Shown in pieces: positions 27,292-41,474 of a stretch of DNA of 64,000 nucleotides. Under the pieces are notes generated by a model. It did not search any database, was not told the origin of the DNA, and saw only the letters and a list, made by a program, of their open reading frames with translations. Made by a program: the position numbers and the translations under genes. This stretch comes from Trichinella spiralis (lineage: Eukaryota), in the NCBI RefSeq assembly GCF_000181795.1, contig NW_003526941.1:3504520-3568519 (forward strand). The letters are read 5' to 3'. The first letter of the stretch is position 1. Every line of letters starts with the position of its first letter.

Positions 27292-30200
27292 TTTGCACCA
27301 CTGCTTCCAGAAATATAAAATGCTGATACAAGAATGGCTACAATACAAAAGTTTTTTATAGTAAATGTTTTATCCAGGAAGATTAAAACAACAATTATTC
27401 AAACATAAAATAATACAAGAGTACTGAAATATTGTTAAAGTGATCATTTGCATTTCACTGTTGCACAATATGAACATCACAAGGGGCTGCACTGCAGCTG
27501 TAGAAAAGTAGCACTCACTTATAAACATGCAAACTGCTTACTACTTGCACGGTTTTTCACAAAAATTACATCGAAAAAGTATTAGGCTATGAATATTGTA
27601 AAAAAATCAAAACAAGGATTACAAATAACCTGAAGTGAACAAGTACTACACAGTAATATTTAAATAATTTCAAACAAGAAGAAATATCATGGTAAGACAT
27701 AAAACGGTTGGTATAAAGAAAATATGAATCAACCTTTTCAAAAAGAAAGCATTGTATTCAAGCACATTTTTTTCATCTGCATCATCAACTATTCAATACA
27801 AAATTTAACGATGAATAATAATTGACAATCGCTAACAATAAATATCAGTTGTTTATAATAATTGAAAAATGCTTTAATTCAAAATATAAGCAATACCAAT
27901 TTAAATACTTCACGCTAAAAAATAGCAAAAGAAAGTAATAAAGCACAGAAAATACTGAAACCAACATAAAAAAAACTGCAAATGGTCATTCATATTACCA
28001 CAGTAAGTTGATATATGCTCAAGTTCAACATATTTTGTTTTTCTCCATTTTTAGAATCAATTTTAAGAATGTCTTTACTTCAGTACTTCTTATCTTACTC
28101 GTCACAAACATTTAACATTATATGAACCAAGAATGTAGCAATATCGAAGTTGTAAACTGAAGTAACAGACAACACATAATGTAGATGTAAGATTTTACAA
28201 AAATGATCACTGCTAACATGCAAAACGCAAAGCAGTAAGCAAACAAAACAAAGGACAGTACTAGATATCACAAATAAAATAAGCTACATATATTATATGA
28301 ATATAGATAGATATTTGTGAAAAGAAAAGAAAACAGAAAACCATTTACCAGTACTGTTGAAAAGAAAATCTTTTCCAAGTAATTTTCATGTAGAAAAATT
28401 TTCCATTTCCAAAATAATTAAAAAATACATATCTTCATGGAAGAGAGAGAAATTTACAACTAGAGCACTGTCAGAAATGATCATCTCTAATTGCAAAGGT
28501 AATAAAATGGTAGCAGCAAAACTGTGCAAATAAAAACCGTACACTTACGTTTACTGATAAAGAAAGCTGGCTGCTCGTTGTAAACTAACCATGCTCTTCT
28601 TCTTAGGGCCTCTTTGGTCGATTGATATTTGCGAATTTAGTAGTTAATTCTGTAGTTAATCATTTTTTTCAGCTCACATACGCATACACATCATGTTATG
28701 CATCACAAGTGCATCAGCATCATGTTACATTTATGGAAGCGCAATTTCGCTAACGCTGAAAATTAAATGAACATTCTGCAATTCTTCAACAATTCTCCGC
28801 ACTTTTATATCGTAATAAACAATCACATCTGAAACTGCTTCTAGAAAAACAACCCCGAGCATACCCTGCATCATCATTTACTACATGCTAACCTTAGTAT
28901 TCAAAATTTCCATCGACCTTATTAATAATAAATGACCTCCATATAAAATTGCATTAACTAATTTCAAATGAGTAATTCACTTGATTTATAAGTTGCATTT
29001 TAAAAATATTAAACTACAATTTCACGTTTCCAAAATGTTATTTCGATTTGCATTTTCAAATAAAGAAATTAAAAGATACTTCTATACAGGTAAGTTGTTT
29101 TAAAATTTTTATCAATGTATATTATTATCAATTACTTCAGTATTATAATATTCAAAGTATCCTAAGTTAAACTTTAAAACGATGACATATGCAAGAAAAG
29201 TAAATATTCTTTTTCAACTGTATTCAACAAGTCATAAGTGATGAAAACTGTAAACCAGTCGTTAATTGTGAATCACGTACTGATGTAAGCAACGTTTAAT
29301 TAAAGCCACGCAACCTCAATAAATGATTTATTTGGTTTATAAAGCAAAATATGCAATATAAACAAAGAAAATGACAACATCAAAAAACTATGATGTTTAC
29401 TAATTAGCTTTCTTTTTATTTATTCACTTAATACAAGTAATATTAAGTGCATGCGAGTAATAATAATAAACCAAAAGATAGATAGATGAATTCAATTCAT
29501 TCATTGAACATTAAAGTATTTTCTATTTAATGCTGAATTGTGAACAAAATGATGAATTTCAACCAATATTTCAAATTAAAATTTCGCTGTTTTATTCCAT
29601 TCCGGTTTCATTAATATTTCATGTAAATATCATTCTGTAAAGCTGGAAAATTATACTTCCATTTATAATGGAACTAAATACAATTCACAACATTTAAAAT
29701 TCAGTAAACATACATCTCCATTAACATGTAAATGTAATTTAACAATGACACGTAAATTACAATATTCTTATATTTAGGGGTTAAATGAAAAATAAAAGTG
29801 CCCAATTTGCAGAGTTTAAATTAACGATTAATATGCGAATGAAAATTGTTCACCTGGTAAGTGCGTTTCACTGTTTGAAATTTCAAATTTGAATTCTGCT
29901 TTCTTTTATACCCTTCCCATTGTAAACCATTGCAGTATACTACTATTGTGTATTCTAAATTTTGAACAGCCTCACTAAGCTTATGACGTTATTAGCATAA
30001 CTTTATAAAAATGTAATTTGTTTGTATGTAATTTAGAAAAAGCGTTTATTAATTTTGCCTGAATCTTTTATCATCTTACACGCCAATTATTGTAAACAAA
30101 TAAGATACATTTTTGTAAACAGATTTAAGTGAAATGTGAGAAAAGTTGATTGTAAAGTTGCAAGTTTAAATAATTTAAAAATAAATTCTTTTTGACGTCT

Positions 30201-33200
30201 TGATTGGTGATTCGTAGCTGAATTTCAGAGTGAATAAAATCATCATTTCGTCAAAGATTGAAAATGAACACACTTGTTGAACAGATAATATTGTGTAAAA
30301 TACTTCCGATATTCAAAGCATTTCATTGTAAAGTTTATTGACTGCTTATTAATCAATGCTAACCAGTTTTGCGTGGAAAACTTTACTCCATCTGGTCATA
30401 GGTGAAGAACAAAGTCTACTTACTGGGTGGGTCATCTTATCGTGTTGATGCAATGCCACTTTTTGACATGAAATACTTTGACACCAATAAATAATTACCA
30501 AACGATAAAGTGAAAAATATAATTCATATCTGACAATCTATCTGAAATAATAATCTGTGAAAATGATAAATGCCACTTCCTTTTTACCACAAAAGTACAA
30601 CATAATAACTACAGATTTGAAAATGAATAAAAACCGAATAGTTTACTATTATTATTCAGCACTAGGTATATTACAAGATACTATGATCAAGATGAAATAA
30701 ATTTACAATTTCGCAAATATGTAAAAGCAACAAGTCTAGATGGTAGAATTTTTCCTTATATAATTTCTTGGAAAAGCTTAAAAATAAATAGTGCTAAATA
30801 TACACGCAAGTGGCAACAAGCCGATCGTATATAAACAGCAATGATACATTTGGTTTCATGTTCCCAAAGCTTATAAAGTTAAGCAAACAACTAAAACGCA
30901 CTCACCTCTATATCATCAGCATAAGCGATAGATAGTTAAAATTGAAGAAAAACTAGTCGTAAATAATAATAATAATAATAATAGAAAAACAAATATTCAG
31001 TGCTTAGCCCACATACCACCTCCTGGGCTCCCTTCAATTTAACTATGATAATTATACAGTATCCATTAATAAGTAAATAAGTATAAATGAAAATCAAAAA
31101 TTTTCTCCTTTTGCTATTATTGGGGTGAAATATATTTGAAAATTTGAAAGAAAAATACTTGCAATTATTCATTGATTAAATATTTATCTTATGTATCCAA
31201 TAAACAACTGCTATTTTTGTTGTTAGTGATTATTTTGTATGATAAATAATTTAATTTTTAATGTTACACTTATTACAACGGCAGAAATAGAAAATAGAGA
31301 AACTATAAGAGATTTTAAGATAAATTCAAATGATGCATTCATTTGTTATCTATTTTCCAGAATAAACTTTGAAAAATAAATAAAATTGTTTACCTACTGT
31401 TAAAATGTTCATGTGTATTTGAAAATGATGTAAGATTAAATTCCAATTTACACAAAATACTGTTTAAAAAGCATCTGCACTTTGTTGTCGTATAAACAAG
31501 AAAAGAATTTTATTTTTATTTTAATGAATTATAATTTTTTAATATTTATTACATTTTTTATTTGGTTTTTTATTGGAAAATTTGAATTTAAGCAAAAAAA
31601 CAATTTGCATAAAATCGATTACTTCAGTTGCGTTTTAAAGGAAAAAAAGTTTGCAAAATATATTTATAGTGTTTAAAAAAATTATCTTAACTGAGAAGGA
31701 CAATTTTTTTGTTTGTTAATGGCCTGGCGTGGGTAGCACAAAGTTTCATTCGCAAATGCTGAACAGTATTTGCTGAGGTGGCAAAGTTTGTCGATTGCTG
31801 CTAATCTTTTAGATAAAGCATGTTGGCTTTAACAATAAAATAAAATCGAAAATAACAACAGCAACAACAACAAGTAAATAAAATAAAATAAAATAAAATA
31901 AAGCACCTGTGGTAGAAAGTGATTTGACGGGAATGCAGTTAGAAAGTTGGAAGTTAGCACAATTTTGGGTGAAGCTGACCAAATTGATGATAAGTATACA
32001 GCTTTACAGGAGACGTGTTAGACAAAATATATAACGCTTCGAATAGCAGATATAGTAAATGTAGATGAAAATAAACTGCAGCTGATCAGCTGAACGCACA
32101 GATGACAGGTGCAAAACTAACCTAGCGTTCAGTAAATAATGCACTTAAAAGCCACAGTCAGTCATTGACCATACACGCTTTCCAAACGGAGCAAATTAAT
32201 CATATATGCAAACTGTAAACAATTTTCACCCAACTGGATGACGTCATTGACCTCTGTTCACCATCTTCATCAAAGATGTATTCTACTCGGATCTTTAGTT
32301 TCACCGAATCACGAATATGCTTGAATATTTTAGTTTATTTATTTATTTATTTATTGTTTTCTCTTTGAAAACAATCAGAAATGCTGCATGCTATGTGAAC
32401 AAAGTGACAGGTGCTCTCTTTGATATATCATAAGAGATTTTTGTTCAAGCTTAATTTTTCGCTCTGCAGGATTAAAAAATCAACATACGCACTGCTTGCA
32501 TTGTTCATTGAAAATTTTCAATTCAATTTTGATTATTATTTCTTTTATATAATAATATTGTTGTATTTTTGATTTTTTTTAATCTTTCATCGTTATGAAT
32601 TTATCCCATCAACTACAGTACATCAACATCTTACCGTAATGTACTTTGAAAAGTAACATTTTGTTTTTTGCTCATCTGCAATGCTGAAAATAAGCTCATT
32701 TTATTGTTAAACAAAAAAAACTTCAAACGTTAGCTGAAAACAAAACTGTAGCTTATTGTTTTAATTTGAAATGTGCCGATCATAGAAAGCAAGCTTTTTA
32801 TTTCAGTGTTATCAGAGTTTTGCAGTAAAGGTCGAAGGGTCGATTATAGAGCTACAGTAATAATACTCGAGTGAACTTTGACCTGCGCAGTGGTGATTTG
32901 CTTGAATTTATCTAGCCGATTAATTGTACCTTTGTGTGTCACGAGATGTCTCAGGCGATTGCGGAATGCAAAGAATGATTGGTTGCAAAGCAAACGAAAA
33001 GCATGTACTACAACTTACTTGGTTGTCGTCTGATTTCGCAAATTAATTTAAGTATTAAAGTTGAGCTTATTTTTTTCTTTAGTTAATTTATGTTACATTT
33101 TTACAAAAATCATTTCAAAACCTAATTGATCCAATGATCGTGCTGTTTGTTGATGGTCAATTAAAGGAGAATTGAAGAAAGGAATCATTGCGAGTTGTAG

Positions 33201-34184
33201 ATGTGTAACGAGGATAAATAAAGATGATTGAAATTGTTATTTGAAGTAAATAAATGAATGTTTTTCGTGTGAATTTCCTGACTGGAACATTTTCAGACAA
33301 TTGAGAGGAAGCCGTAGCTAAAGCGTAGGTCATCCGGTGACCTCGGCGTGTATAGTTAGTTTGTAAGCGGTTGTTGGATTATAATGTGAATTTACTTCAG
33401 CTTGCTGCTAGGCGGCTGTTGGTTTCCAGCTAATCGCTCGCAATTATATCTGACCAGTTGAAGAGGGTAAATAAAAATGTCGCCTTGGAGAGGATGCGTG
33501 GAAAAGGGTCAATGTGGACAACAACCAACCGCCGGCGCCTGTTCTATCGGCTAAAGCAGGGGTCATGGGCGTTTGGGTGTAGCGTCGTATGTGAACGGTC
33601 AACAAGAGGAGGCCGGTCGGTGATGGTTGCCAAGCATGCATGCATGCATGCACCAACGCCAGTGTTCAGGTCGTCAGCGTGGCGTTGGTTTTCGGGCTGT
33701 TTATTGGTCAATTTTTTTGAATGGAATGCTGCTTGCAGCGCCATCGTGAAGCAGTATCTGCGTGCAGATGACGGACTTTAGCCGCGGATCCAGGCCAGCA
33801 GCTTAAGCAATTGCAACCCGATCGCAACGTGACCAGATCGACTATTGTTGTTCCCGCGTGAGCTCGCTTTGGCCCCCTTTTCTCGACCAACTGACATCTG
33901 GCCAAGCCATCATTGAACGGAGACGGACCTGTCTGCTTTAAGAACAACAGCAACAGCATCTCTCATTATTATTATTATTATTAGCTGATCGACGCTGATT
34001 CGCTGCTTGGCCTTTTCATTGTCGTGCGGTTCATTTGTTGGCAAGCGTTGGTTGGAGGGACGCTTTTCCTCTGCTGCCACTATTACTGCTGCGGTCAAGC
34101 GTCGCTAAATAGCTCCCCTCTCTGCTTAAACAACACACATACACACGCACACATACAGACGTCTGTTGAACAATCCTGAAAGCA

Positions 34185-35219
34185 ATGTCATCTGAGGAAA
34201 AAGTCGAAATGGCCGACGTACCTCTCACTGCTGCTGTTGATGGAGAAGATACAACTAAAGAAGTATTTAAATTTCTTTCTTACAATTTCTCTAATTCATT
34301 AATTTCATATATATTAATTTATTTGTCTTCAGGCTGGGGTTAATGAAGCAGTAGCAAAAACGAAAAAATCCATGTTTCACAATTTGTTTGTAAAAAAGCA
34401 AAAGCACGATGCTTTGATCAACACTGAAGCTGATCAATCGGAACATGATAAAATTCCAAAAAACAAATGTCCTGTAAAAAAATGGTTTTTTTGCCAAGCA
34501 AGAAGTTGTCAAGAGCAAGCCGACTCTGCACAATCCCAAATGACCATCGGTATCAATATGCTCGACCGTGATGAAAAGCAACTCAACGAGCACATCAAGG
34601 TTTTTATTCTAAAAAACAATATTGAGATATTTGTTTATATTTTAATGTCTCAATTTTATAGTTGAACTTTGAAGATATATTAGCTGAACCGGATGGCTAT
34701 CATTCGTGGGATTGGGTTTGGCGTGGTACGTATCATACGTTTAACACATTGCGCCGGTTTATTTACCGATTTTTGGCACTGCTGTTCGCTGTGCCATGCG
34801 CAATTGTTTGGGCAATGCTTTTCGCTCTGTTGACAAGCATCAACGTATGGATACTGACACCGTTGGCAATAGCTATTTCTATTCCTGCCGTTTGGCTAGC
34901 TAAGGTAAGCTTTCATCTTTTGGCATTTTGCCAACTGTCAAAAACCGCACCACCTGACCTTGATCCAACAGCTGCTGCCAGAGTTTTGGACCAAAAAGAT
35001 TCCTTCTCACATTATCTCTTCTTTTGCTTCTTCTTCTTCCTCCTTTGCTCCCCCCCCCCCCCAATTATATAAGTGGACGTGTAATAATTAATTTAAACAT
35101 TTGTATATTTATTCTAGACATGGAACTTCATCATCCGATCACTTCTTGACCCGTTTTTCAAGTCTTGTGGCTTAATGCGCGCTGCACACAGTGAATCTCC
35201 AACAAACCAAACCGTCTAA
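34185..35219 (+). CDS. Caveolin, four coding exons (34185-34262, 34333-34599, 34662-34904, 35118-35219)
   Basis: Caveolin signature RDEKQLNEHIK|LNFEDILAEPDGYHSWDWVW followed by a long hydrophobic hairpin segment and LLDPFFKS. Confidence 0.92.
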
Positions 35220-37255
35220 AAAGCTTCGAAAACTGAAACCGGCCTATCATATTTTCCACACACTTTAGTATCTTGTCTTTATTACTTTTTTTCGCTTTTA
35301 TAAATTTATCCAACCCATATGCAAATTCAACTTCTGCTTTTTGTTTTCAAAGCATTCTATTTACTGTATAGAAGAAAAACAAGTAGCCCATAATTGTGTG
35401 TCCGCGTGTGTATTTTCTTGAAAACTAATTTTTTTAAACCATCATCTGCGTAAGATTAGATTATTATTTTTTTGCTATATACATATATGTAAATTTGTTC
35501 GACTGTTTCCCCAGGTTTCATCCACCACCTTTCATTACTGGCTAGCTATTAGATAATTTGCATTAAAATGGAAAATATCAACCTGCTGTTGTTTGTTGGA
35601 AAATATTTTCTGCCCTTCATAAAATTCAATGTTTCTTCGCTTCTCTCTACAAGGGTCACGTTATGCACGATGGGAACCAAATGCAATCCTATTGTAGGAT
35701 ACGGTTGATCACGGTTCACTACGTACTCAGGTCACTGATTGTTTACTGCCTATCCGATGTGATAGCATGACCTATGACAATGGAAAAAAAATACAAACAC
35801 AAGATAAAGAGATAATACAGAAAATTCAGACCCTTCCGTAATATTATTTCATCACGGTATCATTGAAATGCTTCAGTTGTTTCACAATTTCTAAATGTTC
35901 AAAATTTCAATGTTGATGACGTCAAATGAATGAGCTTTCACAAATAGGCCTACTGAATGCTAATATTTAAAAAATGAAGTTATTTTTGTCGAAAATTCAT
36001 CCTTACAGTAATACTGTTAACGTTACAGTACCAAAACAAGAAATTATCATACATTTTGAATAGGTAAAGAATAATAAATTCACTTTTCTCATACATGAAG
36101 GGTAATTGTGAAATTTTCTTCCGAGTGGTGAAATCGGAAAATTTCAAAGAAATATACGTAAACACTTTTAATTTCTAACTACACTGTTTAAATTAAAAAG
36201 TCTATCATCTCATATGCATTAATTTATTGTGAAAAACATTATTTTAATTTACTTCTTTCCTATGTAAATAATATCAAAGTGAATTGTGCATTTTATTTCA
36301 ATAAATTGTTGAAGCATCATATGCGCGATTTATAAATTTATAAATAGATCATCTCTCTGCAGGCGAAAGCAGGCGCATTTAGTAGTAGATTCTAGGATTT
36401 AGTAAGAATTTTTTACTTTCACAGGCGGAAATAGCTGTTGCTGCTTGTTCGACCAGCAGATGTGCGAAAACTTTCAGGCTATCATCATCATCAATTGAAG
36501 GAGGCTTAAAAATAAAATTCAACGGATTGGCATTGATAAATGAAAGCTACCGATCACAATTGTTTAATTTCTGATAAAGAATGTCCAGCTTTGAATGGAT
36601 GATAATTTTTAAATACTGGAGCAATTTAAACGTGCGTTCATTTCTGCATTCTTTAAGTGAAATTAATTTTGAAATGGCCAAAATTCAATTCAGTTCAATT
36701 CAAATGTTGCAAATGTTAATTGTTCAAGTTGATTAAATTTTGAAGCTGAGAAAAGCGTACCGATTATTATTATTATTACCTTTTATGAAATGTAAAAATA
36801 TTTCAACTGAAAATTACACTATTTTTCAAATGCATACTGCTGCTAGTCAAGTACATAAGAATCTCTTTGATTGATGGTGAAACTATTTTAAATTTCTAAT
36901 AATTATAACTATACGCATAGATATTCTGGTGAAAATTTGTACAAAGTGGAAATATTTTCTATAACGCTACAGAGAAGAACGTCGCTTTATTGAAAAGCAG
37001 TGCTTACGACAGAAATAAATACCAACTGCTGCTACTGCTGCTATGGACAAACTATTAAAAAATTGAACAGCCATACATTTACATTTGCTGATGGGCATAT
37101 TAAAGTATAACATTTTAAAATTGAATTAAAAAAATACTGATCACGTAACTTATCGATAAAACATATCGTTGATATCACACTTACTAAACACTCTACTTAC
37201 TGAAACACACACAGAGACGGGTAAAAATGAAATTAAGAAAAACGCATTACCAAAT

Positions 37256-40200
37256 TCAAATCTGGAAAGAAGATAAAAATATTTGAAATTGATCGAGTGT
37301 TGTTTTTAAAGTGTGGTGAAATTCAGCAATGTTGGTTTTGTCCGAAGTATTCAAAGTAGAAATGAAAAACTTTATACTGCCGTCGCTCAGTTTGTATGCA
37401 CATCCATAACCATCATCTACCACTGGTCCATAGCCGACAGCGGCATTATCAGGTAACCAGGGAATCTGATGAAATAATGATGAATTATAAATATTTTTGT
37501 TGTTTCAAAATATGTACAATTATTACTTGGCTTGTCGACAGTCGAAATGTAAAAAGTTCTCGAAACATTGCATCGGAAAAGATTTTCGGCATGATGTCAC
37601 ACATTTGCAAAGAAATATCTTTCAAAGCCCACAAGTGATTATCAATACCATAGCCGGTAACAGCCTGAAAGAATTGTATTTTGCCAAAATTAATTAAATA
37701 TGTTCGGACGTGTGAAGAAAAAAAATTTTTTTTAATACAAACTTCGTGCATTATTTGCAGATGTTTGTTCAGTGCTAATTTGAAAGCTTCAATTTTCACA
37801 TTCTGAACAGATCGCGCGGTGTAATTTAAAAAAAAACATATATTAAATTTCCGAGCAATTCGTCTTGTAAAAATAAATCCAGATTTTACCATTGACGCAT
37901 TTTCATTTTCCATCTGCTTAACCCAGTTCAAAGTTTCTGGTGTAGCGGATCGTAAATTTTCCACTCTTCCTTGTTTGAATCGCCGAAGAGAAGCAGTCTC
38001 ATAAGTGGACGTCAATTTTCCGTGGCATCTTAAAATGTTTAAAGCCAAAATATAAACAACAATTTTTTAATAACTAAAGTAAATACTTGAAAAATGTCCA
38101 CTGCAATGCCATTTGTACAATTGCATCTGGGCTAGCATTGACTGATTTGATGAACTGCTTGCCGTATCCGGTGTAATGGAGTATTTCAATGTTCAGTGAT
38201 TTTGAAATTCTAAATTATCATTAAAAAAACAGTTAAATTTCAAATACAATAAAATAGACTGATTTCACTCAGCTTCATCGCTTCTTTTTTGCAATCAGTT
38301 AAAAGTTCTCTCATTTGTTCATTTAAATTCCAACACAATGGTCGGGGTTTATGATAGCATGCAAATTTTGTCGCATCATCATCGTTGGACTTCTTGGATT
38401 TGCTAAAATTGTTTGCGCTGATTCAGAGCGTATGCAAACGTGACTCGCTTACGTATAGTTCAATGCGTGATCGACCATTTTGAACATTGGCATACCTTCT
38501 GCAACAGAATGTTCATAGTTTACACCACAAAAACCGTCTTCAGTGAAAATGAACTGAAACACAAAATTAAATACACCTACTTGATGATGATTGCTGCAAA
38601 AAAATTTTCATCATAACTACAACATTGTCATACTTGAAATGTTTTATCAAACCAACGATTGTTGACTGTTGAAATCATGTAAGAAAGCGACGATGATGCC
38701 GGATGATCTTTGGACATCATCTTGTCGCTTTGCAATGATTCATCAAGACACACTACAAAAGCGCTTCTTTTAATATCTTCCAACGATTTTCTATTAATTG
38801 GATCTGAATAAAAATTCAATCTGTATTCAATTTTGTTTTAATGAAAAATTAAAATGACCATTAAAAATTGACCTTTTTCCAAAATTTTATAAGCCAAAGA
38901 TGCTTTATCTCGATTCACGGCTGTGATGAAGCCAACTGGCCAGTGGTTGGAAGTTATACTTTTATCAGCCATAAATTTGATCGTGGCTAATTGTTTGGCC
39001 AAATTATCTTGATCAATTATTTTTCCATCTTTCATTACTGTCATAATATAAATCTTGAATGAATAATATTTCGTTAAATTAAATTTCAATTTGACAAAAT
39101 TTATAAAATAGAAGTTTTTTTTTGATTTTTTTAATACCTGGCTGTTGCACATTACTGTTATGTGTTCGGTGTTTGTATCAACTCGCTCAAGAGTATCTAC
39201 GCCAAGTCTTGGATGCCTGTATGAGGAAAATAAATACCAAAATTGTTCCATACACATAAGTGAACCACCGAACAAGCCTGTCGAATAATCTGATGGCAGT
39301 TCTCTTCTAAACATTATGATCAATATTAAAATTTTGAAAAAGAAATTTCGTACACATATTAGATAAATATAAAAATAAATGCTGAAGCAAGATGGATTAA
39401 AGTACAATTTTTCTATTGATTTTTGCTGTTAACAAGCGATGCGTTGAAGCGAAAGGAAAAATTCGATTAATATTAGATTTTGTCAAGAAAGAGAAAGAAA
39501 TTAGGTTCACAGTTTCATGTATAATGATATCTGCTAGCATTAATGGAAATAATCAAATCTCAACACAAGCGTGAAACTGAAATTAAGCAGCTGGCATGAT
39601 AGAGAGACAAACAAACTTTACTTTGCAAGACGAATGTATCAGTTTACTGTTGTTTATATGATAATTAATGCAAAAAAATTTTTTCAACGCGGTTAAATAA
39701 ATAAATAAATATATATATATGTATAATAAAAATTTAATCAACTGAACCCAGCCCAAATAAAGGTCAAAATAAGATTTCCATATGAAAACATTCAAATGTT
39801 ACCGATCAACGACAGCTTTGAAATCGAATAAACCTTGTATGAAAAGTGCAATGTATCTATAAAATTGAAATTGTCACAATTAAAAAAAAAGATAAATAAT
39901 TGAGATGACTAAATTTGCATACTTGAACATGACATCTTTGTCGTCGCTGTGGAAATTTGGATAGTCAAATGCGTAGCCTGGATTGGAATACAACGGCAAC
40001 GGTGCTCTGTTTTCAAGGTACATTGCTTTCAACCAGAAGTGATTGATCTGAATAAAATGAAAAAAAATATAACTGAAATAATTTTTTTTATTGTCGCATT
40101 GGTTAAAATTAGAAATAGAAATTGGTTTCAAAATTTCAAACCCAGTTGGACGATTGGTCAGCAATCTCTTCAAGCCGCTTTTGCAATTGTGGCCCTTCCG

Positions 40201-41474
40201 TACGGTAGAAGTGTTCCACAAATCGTTCAGTTTGAAACAGTTGACTTCTGCTGTCCGCGACAACGCCCGCATATTTCACATATTTCTCAAGAGTGGCTTT
40301 CAGTTCAGGAACCGGAGGCTTCGGTAGAACCTGGCATCATCGCAGGGTAAAAATTTACATATATCCACGATTGATCAGTGTGAACAACCCAAATTGAGCA
40401 AATTTTTTATTTAAATTTATTTCATCATTTTGGGCACTTTCACAATCGCGCTCTACTCCTACCTCGCAAATGTTGCACACTCGTTGCTGGCATTCGGTTC
40501 GATTAAAGCTCTTCTGAGAGTAAAGCAAAAAATTTCCATACAAGTGCGCGTCTTTTCCTACTTTGAAAAGGCGTTTTGGTATTGTCATGTTGCACAATTG
40601 GAACAGTGTTTAAAATTGCAATAAAAAAGCTCAAGCTATTCAACATGCAACCGTGCCTGCTTGCTTGGTGATTTCACATCATTATTGTTTGTATATGATC
40701 CATTTGAAAACTTTCCAAATGGAATTGCTCTGAATTGGTGGAATAATGCAATTGATTGTTTATGCTTGCATAATTGTATCATTTGGGAAAAACTTATTGC
40801 ACGCTGCTCATTAAGAAAGTTCAATTAACATGTCCATGCTGGGATCATGAATAAATGATTACTTTTTCAAAATTATCTTTTCAATTATTACACATACATA
40901 AACATGTATAAGTGGATGCGTGTAATTGAAATAAATTTTAAAAAAAGAGAAACTAAAAGAAATATTCTCCCTTAAACATTCTATTCACAATATTAATAAT
41001 AATATTGTAAATTGAAATTTCATTGAAAAACAATTGGTAAAATTTGGATAATTCATCTGACTGACGCTTCAAGTAATGCGAAATATATGATGATGAACAG
41101 TATTGATTTGATTTTGTTTAAAAAAAGAAAAATGAATCTTTCATCAGATAAATTAACAGATAAATAATTTAAAATATTATTTAATATATTTTCAATTTCG
41201 CAAAACTTTACGCCAAATAATCAAAATCAATATGTTCAGCAGAATTTTTGCAAAATTTACTTAGTCGTCCGCAATTTTCTCCACCGATGAGTGCATAATA
41301 TTATTCTTGATCATACACAAGTTCAGGTAAAAAGAAATAAATTTTTCTTTTTTCAAAAAAAACAATAAATAAAACAGAATGAAATTAACTCATCATATGC
41401 AAATTTGAGTGAATAAAAAAATCTTACTTTTTCGACGAACTGTGTGCGCTTTTCTCATCTTCGACAAGTGTCAT
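37256..41474 (-). CDS. cha-1: Choline O-acetyltransferase, multi-exon; the three 5'-most exons are tentative
   Basis: LPKPPVPEL, MYLENRAPLP, NRWFDK, catalytic EHSVAEG, YGKQFIK, SPDA, TYETASLRRF..GRVEN, GIDNHL, LSTSQ and YGPVVDDGYG. Lies immediately downstream of VAChT. Tentative in-frame 5' exons: 41474-41428, 40729-40657, 40513-40463. The conserved core starts at 40330. Confidence 0.9.

Noticed and set aside
31752..31773. Small hairpin GCAAATGCTG-AA-CAGTATTTGC
   Set aside because: Too short for a pre-miRNA, with no other ncRNA hallmarks.
27300..32100. Short ORFs and an exon-like segment (~28549-28756) in the long intergenic region
   Set aside because: AT-rich, low-complexity translations. 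The segment may be an SLC17 5' UTR exon but this cannot be supported without transcripts.
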